A stretch of 64,000 nucleotides of DNA from positions 124,001-188,000 of the forward strand of contig LSRY02000042.1 of assembly GCA_001643675.2 (NCBI GenBank), read 5' to 3'. This stretch comes from Monocercomonoides exilis PA203 (Eukaryota; Protista; Preaxostyla). Shown here piece after piece: positions 26,901-40,341 of the stretch; position 1 is the first letter of the stretch; each line of letters starts with the position of its first letter. Made by a program: the position numbers and the translations under genes. Under the pieces are notes generated by a model that was not told where the DNA came from, made no database searches, and saw nothing but the letters and a program-made list of their open reading frames with translations.

Positions 26901-29900
26901 ATGGACCAATAACAATCACTTCCTCATCCGCATCTGCATCCGCATCCGCATCCTCAACCGCATCAGCATCAGCATCGAATTGATCTTCAATGATCTCTGA
27001 TTATGTTAAGACAAACAATGAAAAAGAAAAAAGTGAAAAAGAAAAAATAGACGAAATCAGAAACTATATAGATATGAGATATGTCGGATCCCCAGAAGCA
27101 TGTTGGAGGTTGTTCGAATATTCGATGCAAAGAATGTCTCACACTGTTGTTCGTTTGGCTGTTCATCTCCCTGACAAGCAGTTTGTTTTCTTTCGTACGG
27201 GAAAAGAATATGAAGCCATGGAAAATGCACAACATAGAGATACAACTCTGATTGCATTCTTTAAATTGAATGCTGAGAGTCAAAAGAAATATGGAGAGAA
27301 CATTTCAGATGATCCCCATGATTCAAGATCTTTGACATATTCAGAGGTTGGAAGCAAATTCATTTTCGACAAAAAGACTCATTCGTGGAAATATCGAAGC
27401 TACAAATCAAAAATTGTCACAAGGTTGTACACAGTCAGTCCAAGAGATCAAGAAAGATATTATCTTCGTCTGCTGCTTTTGAATGTTAAAGGTCCAACAT
27501 CTTATGAGTATCTAAAAACATACGACAACCACATTCATAACACTTTCAAGGAAGCCGCAGCATCCAGAGGTTTGTTATCAGAAGATTTTAACTGGGACCA
27601 ATGTTTAGAAGAAGTTGCCTCAGTCGGATCACCAAATCAACTCCGAAATGTGTTCGCACAAATTCTGCTGTTCAACAATGTTGTGAATCCAGAGGTGTTG
27701 TGGAAGAAATTCAAAAAGAATATGTCCGAAGATTATCTGATGAAAGGAGATGAGGAAAATTCCGCTTATTCAAAAGCTTACTACGATATATACTTTTTAT
27801 TTCGTTCCGAAAATAAAAATCTTGAAGATCTGATATCTGCCCCTCCCGGACCTACACCCATTAAATGCATTGATGATTTATCACAAGATGATCACAAGTT
27901 ATTAGCTTCAAGAAATATTCAGTTGCTAAATGAAAAACAAAAGGAGGCATTTGAGAGTATCAAAGAGAGCATTCTGAGTTCATCCCGAGGTTCGACAGTA
28001 TGCAATTGTCATTTTTTGGATGGACCTGGTGGAAGCGGAAAAACTTTTCTATATAATGTAATTTACCATTATTTGTCTGCACATTCAGTTATATGCCAAT
28101 GTGTTGCTTGGACTGGGATCGCCGCAACTTTGCTTCCAAAAGGGAAAACTGTTCACTCTCTTTTTCGTCTTCCTGTGCCCATTGAGGAACATAATGCAAT
28201 TTCTCTTATGGAACTGAATTCAGAAGAAGCCCAATCATTAAGAAAAGTGAAATGTGTTATTTGGGATGAGGCACCAATGGCTCCGAAATATGCATTAACT
28301 GCTATCAATATTCTTCTTCAAGATCTACATGAGAACAAGGATTTTTTTGGAGGAGTTTTGATGGTTTTGGGAGGAGATTTTAGGCAACTTCCACCGGTTG
28401 TGAGAGGTGGAGGAAGGCAAGAAATGATTTCTTGCAGTATCAAAAGTTGTGATCTATGGAGTTCGTTTCAGGTCCATTCCCTATCAACAAACATGCGGAC
28501 AGGAGCAGATACAGCTTTTGCAAGCTTTCTCAGAAAAGTTGGTGATGGAGATTTGTCGATCATGGATAAAAACAAAAAAATTGATGTCTCACGGTGGCGA
28601 ATAAATGAGGATCAATTAATTCAAAGAGTGTTCGGAAACAAATTCAACGACATGGAAGAAATAAAAATGATGAAAGATCGTTGTATATTATGCACAAAAA
28701 ACGATGACACATTTGAAGTGAATAGTCAAATACTAGATCTTATTAATACAGAATCAAGAACTTACACCAGTGCAGATTCAGCAGAGTTTGAAGATCCCAA
28801 TGACGATTACACATCATTTAGTATTGAATATCTTAATTCACTGACTCCTTCTGGATTGCCACCGCACCAGCTTCATTTTAAGGTTGGAGCAATTGTTATT
28901 CTGCTCAGAAATTTGGACCTCGCTAATGGCCTTTGCAACGGAACAAGGCTAATAGTGGAGCAGCTGGGGAAGCAGTGTATAAGATGCAATCCAATTTCGA
29001 ATTTGTTTGATAAAAATTCTTCTGTAATTCTTGCTCCAATACTTACAACAGCCAGAGACAGGACGCTGCCATTTTGTCTCAAACGCCTGCAGATCCCGGT
29101 TCGGGTTTCTTTTGCTATGACCATTAACAAAGCGCAAGGGCAATCTTTTTCACACGTTGGGTTGTATCTTCCAAACCCAGTTTATTCTCATGGTCAACTG
29201 TATGTTGCCATGAGCAGATGTCATTGTAGCAAAAATTTATACATTGCACTCCCTCATAAGAGAGAATATCAACAAAACAAGGTAGTGAACATCGTATATA
29301 ATGAATTAATTCAATAACGAACTGTTTTTGTCAACGCATTTCCGAAATCAGACTTTTTGACAGTTTGTGTTATTTTATTTTATTTAATTCATTATAAATA
29401 ATTTCTCTGTTTATTTAATAAATAGCAATTATTTCCACTATTAAATTTCCATATTTCTTTTTTTTCTTTTTGATCCATGAATTTTTTCATTCATATATGA
29501 TAAATATAAGTTTGATCTATTAAAAATATTGTTTTTTTGGAGAAAAAAAGCAAAACATTAAAAAATAAACAAATTATTATACATACAGAAACCAATATCA
29601 ACTTTTTAAGAGGAAATATGCGTCAATTTGTTTTCACAAAAGGAGAAAGAAAGGTTTTTGCATTTGTTAATTCAAACGAAGTGATAATTTCTATGTATTA
29701 TCATAAAAATAAAACATCAACGATTTTTTCAGGTCTTTGTTGAAATAGCTGTTGTTTATTTTCAATTATCACAGTTTTGTTCGATTGTTGTTTTAACATC
29801 ATTTATGTTATCAGAAAATTATTTCTAAATAACAATTTTTCCACATTTCAATTCTTTCAATACAAATATTTATTTGTGACTTATGTTTTTATATTGCATT

Positions 29901-31557
29901 TCTTTTGTTTATTCATTTTGAAATTAAAAAGTTTGGATTTTTTTCGGAAAGAAAAACATTGAATTATTTGTTTTGTGGATGATATCAAATTCGTGTTATA
30001 ATAAGAATAACTTTGTCTCATAATCAAGAAAGTCACTATTTCAAAAAAGTCCAATTTTCTGTTGAGTATTTTATCGGATAGTGGATCATTCATTTTTTTT
30101 AATTCTTTGAATAATATTTTCTAACTAAGTTGAGCAATTTCCAACAATGCAGTTATTTATTTTTTCACAAGTTTAACTTTGCAATAATATTTTGGAAAAA
30201 TCGAAAAAAACAGCTGATCTTACAAAAATAAACTATTTTTCATTGTTAGAATACGAATTTATTGAAAAATCACAAAATATTATATGAATAATTAAATATA
30301 ATTTGAAATTCCAAAAACAACATAAACATAACATCAAAAAAAAAACCAATTAACTTTAAATGTTCTAATCTTTCATTTATTATGAAGAAATTCTATGAAA
30401 AACCACAAATTGACTTCAAATTTGAATATTTGAATGAAAATCGATTCAGTTATTAGAAAAGCAGATTGTAACAGCCAATTCTGTTGAAAATGGAGTTAAT
30501 ATTGAAAAAATATAATATTGAATGAAAGATACATACATTCACTTTATGCTATTTAATTTCCAAAATGTGATCACAAGCACTAACCTTTTGGCACCTTCAT
30601 CACACAGTTGAAAATACAATGGATAAAATGTGCGTTCTGATTATCAAAAAGTGCATCAAAGCAACATATTGCAATTAAAAACATGAAACATACATGCAAT
30701 TTTCATTAAAAAATCTTAATTGATTAATAAAATTCTTGTGATGTTTTCATTGAAAAAATTTACATTATCATGGGATGATTTGATCAATTTTTTATTTTTT
30801 TCAACTTTTTGAGATTAATCAATTTTGAGTATTAAATGTGAATTATAATCGCATATTAAATAAATTTGACTGTATAAAATAAAATAAAATCTCCAATTTC
30901 AATTTTCTTTATCATCTTGAAAATACAAGAAAAGTTTATTTGAAAATTTTTTAATTTTTTTTTAAATGAATAATAAAAAGCTGCAACTCACATATTGACG
31001 TGTTAAGCAATTGTTCTGATGCAAAATGCAATATTTTTTGCGATTCATCTTCCTAAAATTACAATTTGAAAAAATGTGCGAAAAATTTTATTTTTCTCAA
31101 TAATATTTTTTTCTTCTTCATATTGAATATATTTGATTTTTTTGCAAAACCAACTTTCAAATGTTAAATATCACAAATAAAAAATGACCAACATTTGTTT
31201 GTTTCATATGGTTCAAAAAATGAAAACTTTTGATTTTTTTGTTGATTTTTATTAAATTTTTTTTTTAAGCTTTATGTCATTTAAAAATTTTTCGATTAAT
31301 GTTTCAGATAATGAGTTTTGACAGCACAAATACCCAGTTTTTAACATATTTATGATGTAATGCGTGCTTTGCACGCATTACATTTCCAATAAACATATAT
31401 ATAATTTTTGATCAAAAAATTTCCATAAAAAAATATATAGAAAAATTCAATTCTTTCAATTTTGTTCGAAATGATACCAAATTGAGAGATACATTTTGTA
31501 CAAATGTGATGATGACGTGAGTGCACGCCGGCCGCGAGGCAGGCGAATGCAAACTCG
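23922..31557 (+). mobile_element. Helitron (autonomous type); termini tentative
   Basis: Contains the RepHel gene. Candidate 5' end A|TC at 23922 (TCTGGCTAGATATAATAAA, weak). GC-rich hairpin at 31526-31545 followed by CTCG|T (31554-31557) as candidate 3' end. Confidence 0.6.
24407..29317 (+). CDS. Helitron Rep-helicase (AT-hooks, Zn-finger-like region, HUH Rep, PIF1 helicase); join(24407..24477,24556..29317), one in-frame TGA at 26981-26983
   Basis: Rep motifs FLTFTCNPKWPEI, IEFQKRGLPHCHLLL (HUH) and KYLYKYVYKG. PIF1 motifs GPGGSGKT, IWDEAPM, GDFRQLPPV, FAMTINKAQGQS and HGQLYVAMSR. ORFs 24569-26983 and 26990-29317 share a frame. GT-AG intron 24478-24555 with a CTAAT branch-like site joins exon 1 in frame. 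Confidence 0.93.
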
Positions 31558-32217
31558 TTGTTGATTAACTTTAAATTTTGTATTTTGTAAATTTTTTTTC
31601 ATTTTAATATATTTTATTTATTTGATTGAATTATAAATCTTTTTTTTGAATTTGCATGTTGAAATAAAAACAAAACGAAATTTTGTTGGAGGAATTATTA
31701 TTTATTTTAACTGATGAAATTTGATTTGATAGATTGAAATAATTTGCATACAATTTTTATTTATCAAAATTTGAAAATTAAACAATAGAAACATTTTTTA
31801 AAAAATGAAGGTTCGTTGAATCAAAATTATGTTTTCTTTCCGTGTGACATTTTTGTTTTTTTCATTTCATAATATTTTCAAAGAAATTATCATTTTAATG
31901 TTTACGTGTAAATTAAAAAAATTAAATGACAATCTCTTATGAAAACAGAAATAATAAAACAAGAGACTTAAAATGTTAATTGACAAATGTGAATATTTTT
32001 GAAAAAAATATTTATCATTTTCTTGAAATACTTGGTTCAGTGGGAAAAGCCAATTCAAAATCAATAAAAAAATGTAATATCTCGTTAAATAATAAGTAAA
32101 AAATTTTTTAACTAACCGGTAAGAAATTGAATCAACTTTGTTAAAATCGGTTATACAAGTGCTGAAGCCATTTCACACTTCTCAGCTTTTTGTTATTTGA
32201 AACGAAAAAAGGCATAT

Positions 32218-32457
32218 GTTGAAATTTTTTTGTAAAGTTCCTTTTGTTTTATTTTCAAATAAAATAAAATTTTCTTATTTCGATCAAATTTCTGTTCCCA
32301 ATCATGAAAATTTGAAAAAATGGAAATAACAACATTGTCAATATTTTATTTTCATAACAGCAAATTTTAGTTTATGAAAACAGAAATTTGATTGAAAAAT
32401 GAAAAATTTATTTTATTTGATAATTTAACAAAAGGAACTTTTCAAAAAAATTTAGAC
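32218..32457. mobile_element. 240-bp MITE (copy 2, inverted relative to 10310-10549)
   Basis: Reverse complement of the 10310-10549 interior. Flanked by ATAT (32214-32217) and ATCT. Confidence 0.8.
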
Positions 32458-33539
32458 ATCTGATTAATAAATGGTACAGATTTGGGTGATTTTTTTTGAT
32501 ATCATAATTTTTTACGATGAATGATCAATTCCCATAATATATATATATGTCAATCAGGAGAATAAAATACATTTATTGTTTGACTTATTTTTTTGACTGA
32601 AATGAATGGATTTTTAAATAATTTATCGAATATGTGCATAAATAAAAGTTCCATAAAAAATTTTTTTTTGTTGTTCATTTTTAAATTTGTTTTATTTTGT
32701 TAATATGGAGGTTCTCAGGTTTGAAATTTTTCTTTTGTTAGTTCAAAAGTTTAAATTCTTAAACTATTCTTTTCTTTTGTTTGCATACTCGATTATTTCA
32801 CTTTATCTTTAAACTTTTCATTCATTTCTTATTTTTGTTTCACAAATCAATTTTGAATATAATTCAATTGAATATATCAATCTTTGATATTCAAGGAAGT
32901 TTTCAATTAGACGAAAAGAGAATATAACACAGAAATTGTTGCAGGATAATGAATAATAGTTATATGGGTGAAAATTTTTGAAAAATCACTTTTTTTTAGC
33001 CTGATCTATCCCACAAAAAATCAGAATTTTATTTTTATTAACCGTAATTTATTCAGAAATAATTTATGCACTCTATTTTTCTCTTTGGAAGAGTTTGACG
33101 TCTTATTATTTACAAAATTCTTTGTTAACACTAACTGATGAACACAAAAACTCTAGTTCATTCGTATTTTTTCGTGTTATTTACCTACAACGTATTCAAC
33201 ATAAATTTTCATTTGTAACTTTTTCAATGAAACGAGTTTCACTTAAATTATATTTGAGTTATAACAATTATTATTAATAAAATCTAATTCGTAAAAGAAT
33301 TAATTTTATAATTACTTTATATCTGGAGATTTAAAAATGTTTGAATTAACAATTTTTCGACTTTTTCACTTTCAATGAATCCTAAAATACTCAACTATAA
33401 TTTAGAAAGAACTCATTTACATATTTATTGAAAAGCATAAGAAGATTATTGTTCATTTAAGCAAAAACAAAAAAGAATTAATAAATGATACAAAAATTAT
33501 TATTTATATAAGAGATAAATACAGAAAAGGAAGTGAGAA

Positions 33540-36500
33540 TAAATTATTTGTTTTTTCATCTCTTATCATTCATATAGCTGTTGAATTCTTCGTTTTTATA
33601 AAATTTTTATCATCTTCTTCAATACGTGCAGATCATAGATCAGCTTTGTCATCATGAAGGCGAAAAAGCGGAGAGATCAAGGTTCTTGATGTGTTTGTGC
33701 ATTCATCAGGATAATCATCTGCTCCTGCCATTAACCCTTCGGATGCCTCGGAGACATTGGAATTCACATCGATAGAATCAATGAACTGAATCGAGAGACA
33801 GCAGAGGATTGTGGTGCTTGATGCAGCTGAAGTGGATGAAAACACAAGAAGCTGTTTCTGAGAGTGCTGCAGGCACAGAGTGGTTATATTGTGCGCTTTC
33901 TTCAATGCTTTTTGTTACACCAGTAACACTGTTTAAGTTGCTTGCAGAGGCGAAGCTGTTTGACGAAGTGATGAGGCGAAGGGTTGCAGCGAATAAAGAA
34001 GAGGAGAGGATAATGTGAAGGTGCTGGAGGTGGAGGGGTTGGGAATGGATTGTGAAGTTTTGAAGTCTGCAACAATTGTACTTGCAGTGCCGGAGGAAGG
34101 AGAAAATGTATTCGGAATTTTTCACGCTGCTGCAAAAGTTCCGATGTAATGAGGAGATATCGATGCAGATGAGCTGGCCGGTCGAACATCTGCTTGAGTA
34201 GGACCAAATAGTCCGGATGAAAAAGATGAAGATTTTGTAACCAAGCTAGAAGTTCAACGCAGTGGTGAAGGAGCTGCATGAGTAGCTGTCAATGATGAAG
34301 GAGAAAGAGGATCCAATGGATGCAGGGACTGAGAAGGAAAATAAGCGCTGAATACAGTGGGGAGCGCAGGTGAGTGGTGAAAGCGAGATAAAGCTGGTGA
34401 ACTTGTGGTTTCCGCTTTCCATTCTATCTTTCTGGCTTTTGTATGTCACGGGGAGGTTCCGTTTTCGTTTTCATTAATTCTGCTGTTTGATCTGTGAACA
34501 AAGTGCTACGAGAAGTTTGCAGCGAACATCGGGGATGGCAGCACTTTTTTGCTTGGGCTGGAAACCATTTGAAATGATATTGTTGTGATTGTTTGGAGCA
34601 AGATGAGTGTTGCGGGAGAAGTGAGCAGCGGTGGGAGAAAGAACGCTTTTGCGAGGGAAGAGTATAAGCAACTGAACGGTAGAAGATTAGCAAAATGATG
34701 AAGGAAACGAAGATGCTGACTTCGCTGTAATGACGCAGGAGCAGACGATATGCGTACAGAAGGCTCAGTTCAAGAAGGTTATTGCAAAGCAGCAGATGGA
34801 GCTTGCGTTTAAAATTAGCAGGTGCAGAAGAAAATGAAGTCATTAAAAGAAGAGATGATGGAGCGTCTGATCAGCGCAGTGTCTTTGTTGCTGTAACAGG
34901 TTGCGTACGAAACTGTGTACGTGCTTCGGATGCTACCCATACAGCGGTTGTCTGTGCGGATGGAGCGGCTGTAGACACCGCTGAAGACTGGACTGCTACA
35001 GATACTGGTGTGGACGCTGAAGACTGTCCAGGGAATTTATGGAGAAAAGATATTGGTAAATTTGAGCGATGGCAGTGCTGTGTGGGCAGAGGTGGGGGCT
35101 CGGATGCACGGGTTTGAGAACTTTGTGTGCATGTACATGCAGAAGAAGTCCGCAGAACAGAAGAAGAGCGAGGTGGAGTTGTGGACGATTGTCTTCGAGG
35201 TGGAGCTGTTCTGGAAGGATTTTGTGGAGGTGTGCCTGTTAGGGAAGTTTGTACAGGAGGAGTTCACGGTAAACGCGTTGCTGTTCTTCTGGTGCTTCTA
35301 TTCGATGTTGTTTAGTAAGCTGCAGTCGGAAAAAGGTGAGGAAGAGTTATCTGTGTTTTTTATGTTTTTATCGAACTTCTATCGGGTTGAAGCAGCGATG
35401 CGGAAAGAGGAGAAAAGGTTCTGTGATGTCAAATGTTAAAAAAATGCATTGACTTCTTCGTGTTCGTCTTCGTCATCGGGTGTGGCTAGTTGAGTCATCG
35501 CGAACGATGATGTGGAGTTTCTTCGATATGTATCATTTGCGAAAACTGCCAACACTGTTGCTGCTGATCTTCCGGTTAGCTTGCTGGTTGTTTGGTTGCT
35601 GTCTGTCGTTGTTTTCATAGGTTCTGGAGGTGTGCCAGTGCACTTTCTTCTTCATGCAATGCCTGAAGCTTCCGAATGAAAGCGATGCTGCCTGCGCTGT
35701 TGCTGCGAATCTTTGGTGATGAGAACCTGCGGCCTCTGTACTGTGTGCAGTCGTTTGCGTTGTGCTGGAGGCGTGTAAGCGCAATGGCTTCTTCACACTG
35801 TTTCTGATGCATCCAGATGTGTGCGATGCTGTTAACTGCAGATCTCCTCTCTTTTTTGTCACAGAACAGCTCAGTTGTGAAGATGGTTTGCAGGCACTGG
35901 TTGATCAGGTGCAGGTGCTTTCGTGGGCGTCGGCTGGAGCAGGGCTGAATCGAAGTGTCGATGATGTGCTGTCGGTAGTAGGGCGGCGATTGAAGAGGGA
36001 ACGAGGTTGGAGGAGCAATCAACGATGGTGTGCTGCTGGGGAACGGGCAGCGTGTGGAGCTGCTTCACAAGCCGATGGCATGGCTGAGCGAAGGGGAAAA
36101 TTAGCCAATGTATTGTCATGCTTCATCATCAGCATCTACTTCTTCAGCATAGTCCAAACAAGTTCTGAGTTGCAAAGAATTGGAAATCGACAATATGCTG
36201 CTGTCCTTTGGGCGTGCATCTGGCATGATCGATCCTTCCATTTCTCCTCCTTCATTTTCATAGGAGTTATTACATCCATCACAATATCCTTCTTTTCCAT
36301 ATTCTTCTTTTTCTTCTTCTTCCTTTTCTTTCTTTTTTCCCTTTCTCTTGACTCATCTTCAAAAATTCCTCAAATTTCTATTTTCATTTTTCATATTTTC
36401 TTTCTTTTCATTCAAATCATCTCTTTCATTCAAATTTCTAATGAATATCTGCTTCTTCTCATTCATTTGCCAAATTTCTTCTTCTGCTATATCATCAACT

Positions 36501-36720
36501 TCTATTTCCCTCTTTTTGCATTTAACAAGATTCTTCTTATATGTCTTCCAAAACCTTCAAAAAAGAAAAAAAAAAATATCTTTTTCCCCCCTCATTTATT
36601 TTTTGCTCCTGCTCACTCCTCCATGCGCCCCTTCAATTGTTGTTTTCTGACTTCTTTAATGCATTTTACATCCTCTCTTTCCACATTCTATAGGCATATA
36701 TTTGCAGTGAATATTCCTTA
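33540..36720. pseudogene. Degenerate GC-richer host coding-like sequence, product unidentified
   Basis: Compositionally coding-like island in AT-rich DNA with many short broken ORFs on both strands and no recognisable motif. Confidence 0.3.
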
Positions 36721-38239
36721 AAAAATATTTTAATTACAACAAAAATAATAACAAACGATGAAATTAAAAATAATTATAACAAAATAACCTATTCTTTTAA
36801 TGATAATCATACTTCTCAAACTTTCTTCTTCTTCTCCAAATATTGCTCCGTTTTGCTAACAAAACCCATCTGTCTCTTCTTCATTTCCTTTCTGCTTCCT
36901 CAAAAAATTGTTTATTTGCAATCCTTGGCCCTGCTCCACTCAAATAACCTTCACAAATTCCATAAATAAATAAATAGACGATGAGGAGGAGGATGAAAAA
37001 GAAGATAATGAATTCAAACTCTTCAGTTAATTGATGTTGCTTATTTTCATGTTAGGGATACAGATTTTTGGTGGAAAAGGCTTGAATCCATCATTACAGT
37101 TTATATGCATGCAATAAAAATAAATGATGTAGACAAATGTTCAACGGAAAATAAATCAGTCCATCTAAAATACTCAAAATGTAAATGTTTAAAATTAAAA
37201 TTAACTGAAACATTCTTAAATTACCACGCTTCGAAATTTCACTTTGTTTTTTTAAAAGAATAACGGACTGTTTTTCTTCGAAAATCTATATCTTCTTGCA
37301 TGTATCAATTTCAATAAATATCGCATTTATTCTGATCAGAAAATACAATAAAAAATGAGCTGTTCAAATTAACGATAAACATAATTCTAATGTTCGAATA
37401 TTCAGTTTATTCTACGAATATTAGCTTTTGAAGGCTGAACTTGCAAAGTGATTTATTTTTAAAAATAATAATGGATTGAATTTTTTGATCTGTGGTGATT
37501 TTTCAAAAATTTTCTCCCAAATCGTTTTATTTTCATTTTTGTTCTTGTTTTTTGCAATTTTCAATTCTCATTTGAAAACTTTTAAAGTGTCAAGTGGTTC
37601 CATTCTATTTTCAAAAAGTGACAGTAGATGCAAATAAAAAACCCAAAACCACAGACATTTTTTTCAACTTAATTGAATTTGTTTTTTCTTCATTGTTATC
37701 AATGTGAAACAAACAACAGAAAGCAACGAATTATTTTCAACATTCATCATCAAATGTCAAAATAGTTTCATTTCGCAAAAGAGAAATCAAATGAAAACAT
37801 TAGTGGAAAAAAAAAGGTGAAATGTGCAACATTTTATAGATAGATTAGAATTTTAAAAAGAAAAACATTGTTTGAAACAAAAAACAGAAAACTTTTTTCA
37901 CAACTGGTAAGATCGAATCAAAATGGATTCAAAAAAGGCAAAAAAAGATGATTCAAAAAAACCTATTCTATCATCAGAAACATCAAAATTGCTTATTTAT
38001 GAAAGATACAGATAAACTTTTTGCTTAAAAAGATGCATTGAATTCGAGTATATGAAAAAGAATTTTAAACAGTAATTTAAATAAAATATAGTATAACATG
38101 TATGAAATTATGAAATACCTCAAAAGAGGATCCAATACCAACAGATTTATGATTCAAAAAAAAAGAAAGGAAAAATATAAAAAATAAAAAAAAAAAGAAA
38201 AAAAAATAAAAAAAGAAAAATAAAAATTGATAAAAATTT

Positions 38240-38520
38240 AAAGAAAGAAAGATGAGAAAGAAGAGAAAGAGAAAGAGAAAGAAGATAAAAAGAAAAAGAA
38301 AGAAGAGAAAGAGAAAGAAGATAAAAAGAAAAAGAAAGATGAGAAAGATGAGAAAGAGAAAGAAGATAAAAAGAAAAAGAAAGAAGAGAAAGAAGAGAAA
38401 GAAAAAGAGAAAGAAGATAAAAAGAAAAAGAAAGATGAAAAAGATGAGAAAGAAGAGAAAGAGAAAAAGAAAAAAGATAAAAAGAAAGAAGAGAAAGAGA
38501 AAGAAGAGAAAGATAAAGAG
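38240..38520. repeat. Purine-only AAAG/AAGAG minisatellite-like array
   Basis: Recurrent units such as GAGAAAGAAGATAAAAAGAAAAAGAAAG. Confidence 0.85.
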
Positions 38521-38811
38521 TTGGAAAAAATAGAAAGTTTTTATAATAATGAGATTTACAAAAAAACAAATAAAAATCAACAAATAAATAAAACAGAAGA
38601 ACTCAACTGTGATAATGTTCGTAATAATCCTAATGTTAAAAACAAATAGACAAGTAATTAAAAAATAATTGAAATAAAATATTAAAAGTTCATAGAAAAA
38701 ACGATAAAAACATCAAACGAAAGAAGAAAATTTTCGAATAAAATCGAGAACGACACATGAAAAAAGACAAAAAAAGAAAAAGAAGATAAAATAATACAAA
38801 CTATAATACAT

Positions 38812-39321
<510 letters not shown>

Positions 39322-39366
39322 ACATAAATAAAATAATCAATTTCAATTTCGAAATATAATCCACTG

Positions 39367-39447
<81 letters not shown>

Positions 39448-39508
39448 TTCCCCTTTTTAAATCATAAACACACTCAGAAAAAGCCTGCTGTTGCGTTTGC
39501 GTATTAAC

Positions 39509-39957
39509 TCAACTTCCTCCGAATGCATTGCTTCCACTCATTCCACTCATCCCAGGCCAAGCAAAAGGAGAAGGAGAAGGTTGACTTTGCACTGTCGAAG
39601 GAGGAGAAGTTTGGAATGGCTGATTAAATTGAGCTTGTTGCATTGGTTGAGAAGGAGCAGAGCTAAAACCAGTCCAGGCTGTGCTATTTAGAGAGGAGGA
39701 GGAAGGGGAAGGGGAAGGGGAAGGAGAAGAGGAAGAAGAGAAGAAGAAACCAGGAGTAGAAGAAGAAGAAGAAGAAGAAGAAGAGGTTGAGTTTATTGCA
39801 CCAATGTTTTGTTGCATTAAAGGAGAAGGAGAAGAAGAAGATATTGTTGATGAAGGAGAAGGTGTGGTGAAGAACGAGAGGAAATCGGTTGAATTAGAAG
39901 AAGAAGAAGAAGTTGGAGCAGGAGCTGGGGCTGTGGGCTGCGATACAGCAGGCGTTG
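39509..39957 (-). CDS. Isolated terminal exon of a Ser/Pro/Gln-rich host protein
   Basis: Acceptor TTTCAG ending at 39958 on the minus strand, then an open frame TPAVSQPTAPAPAP..DFLSFF..PFAWPGMSGMSGSNAFGGS*. Upstream exons not found. Confidence 0.45.
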
Positions 39958-40341
39958 CTGAAATTGTAACATACGGAAATAATCATATAGAAAATTAATT
40001 AATAAATAAAATTATTATTATTATAAATTTTATGAAATACAAAATAAAATAAAATTAATGTAATAATAATAATTATAAAAAAAATAAAAAATAAAAAATA
40101 AATAAATACAAAATAAATTGACAAAAAAAATAATACTTTTGTGGTTCATGAATATAGACATTGGCGGACCTGGGAGGCTGCAGTCCGTATCCAGGTCCGA
40201 ATGTGGCAAGAGTTAATTGCCACATTTATTATCTGCAGTCTTGTTTAACTTCTATACCATAAAAGTTGGCTAAGCATACGCTGTAATGCCTCGTTATTTA
40301 TTTGCATATTAAGAATCTTAAAAATTTGAATCAAAAAAGTT

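Noticed and set aside
38077-38583. Hydrophobic Phe/Leu-rich ORFs resembling membrane proteins
   Set aside because: Antisense reading of a purine-only repeat.
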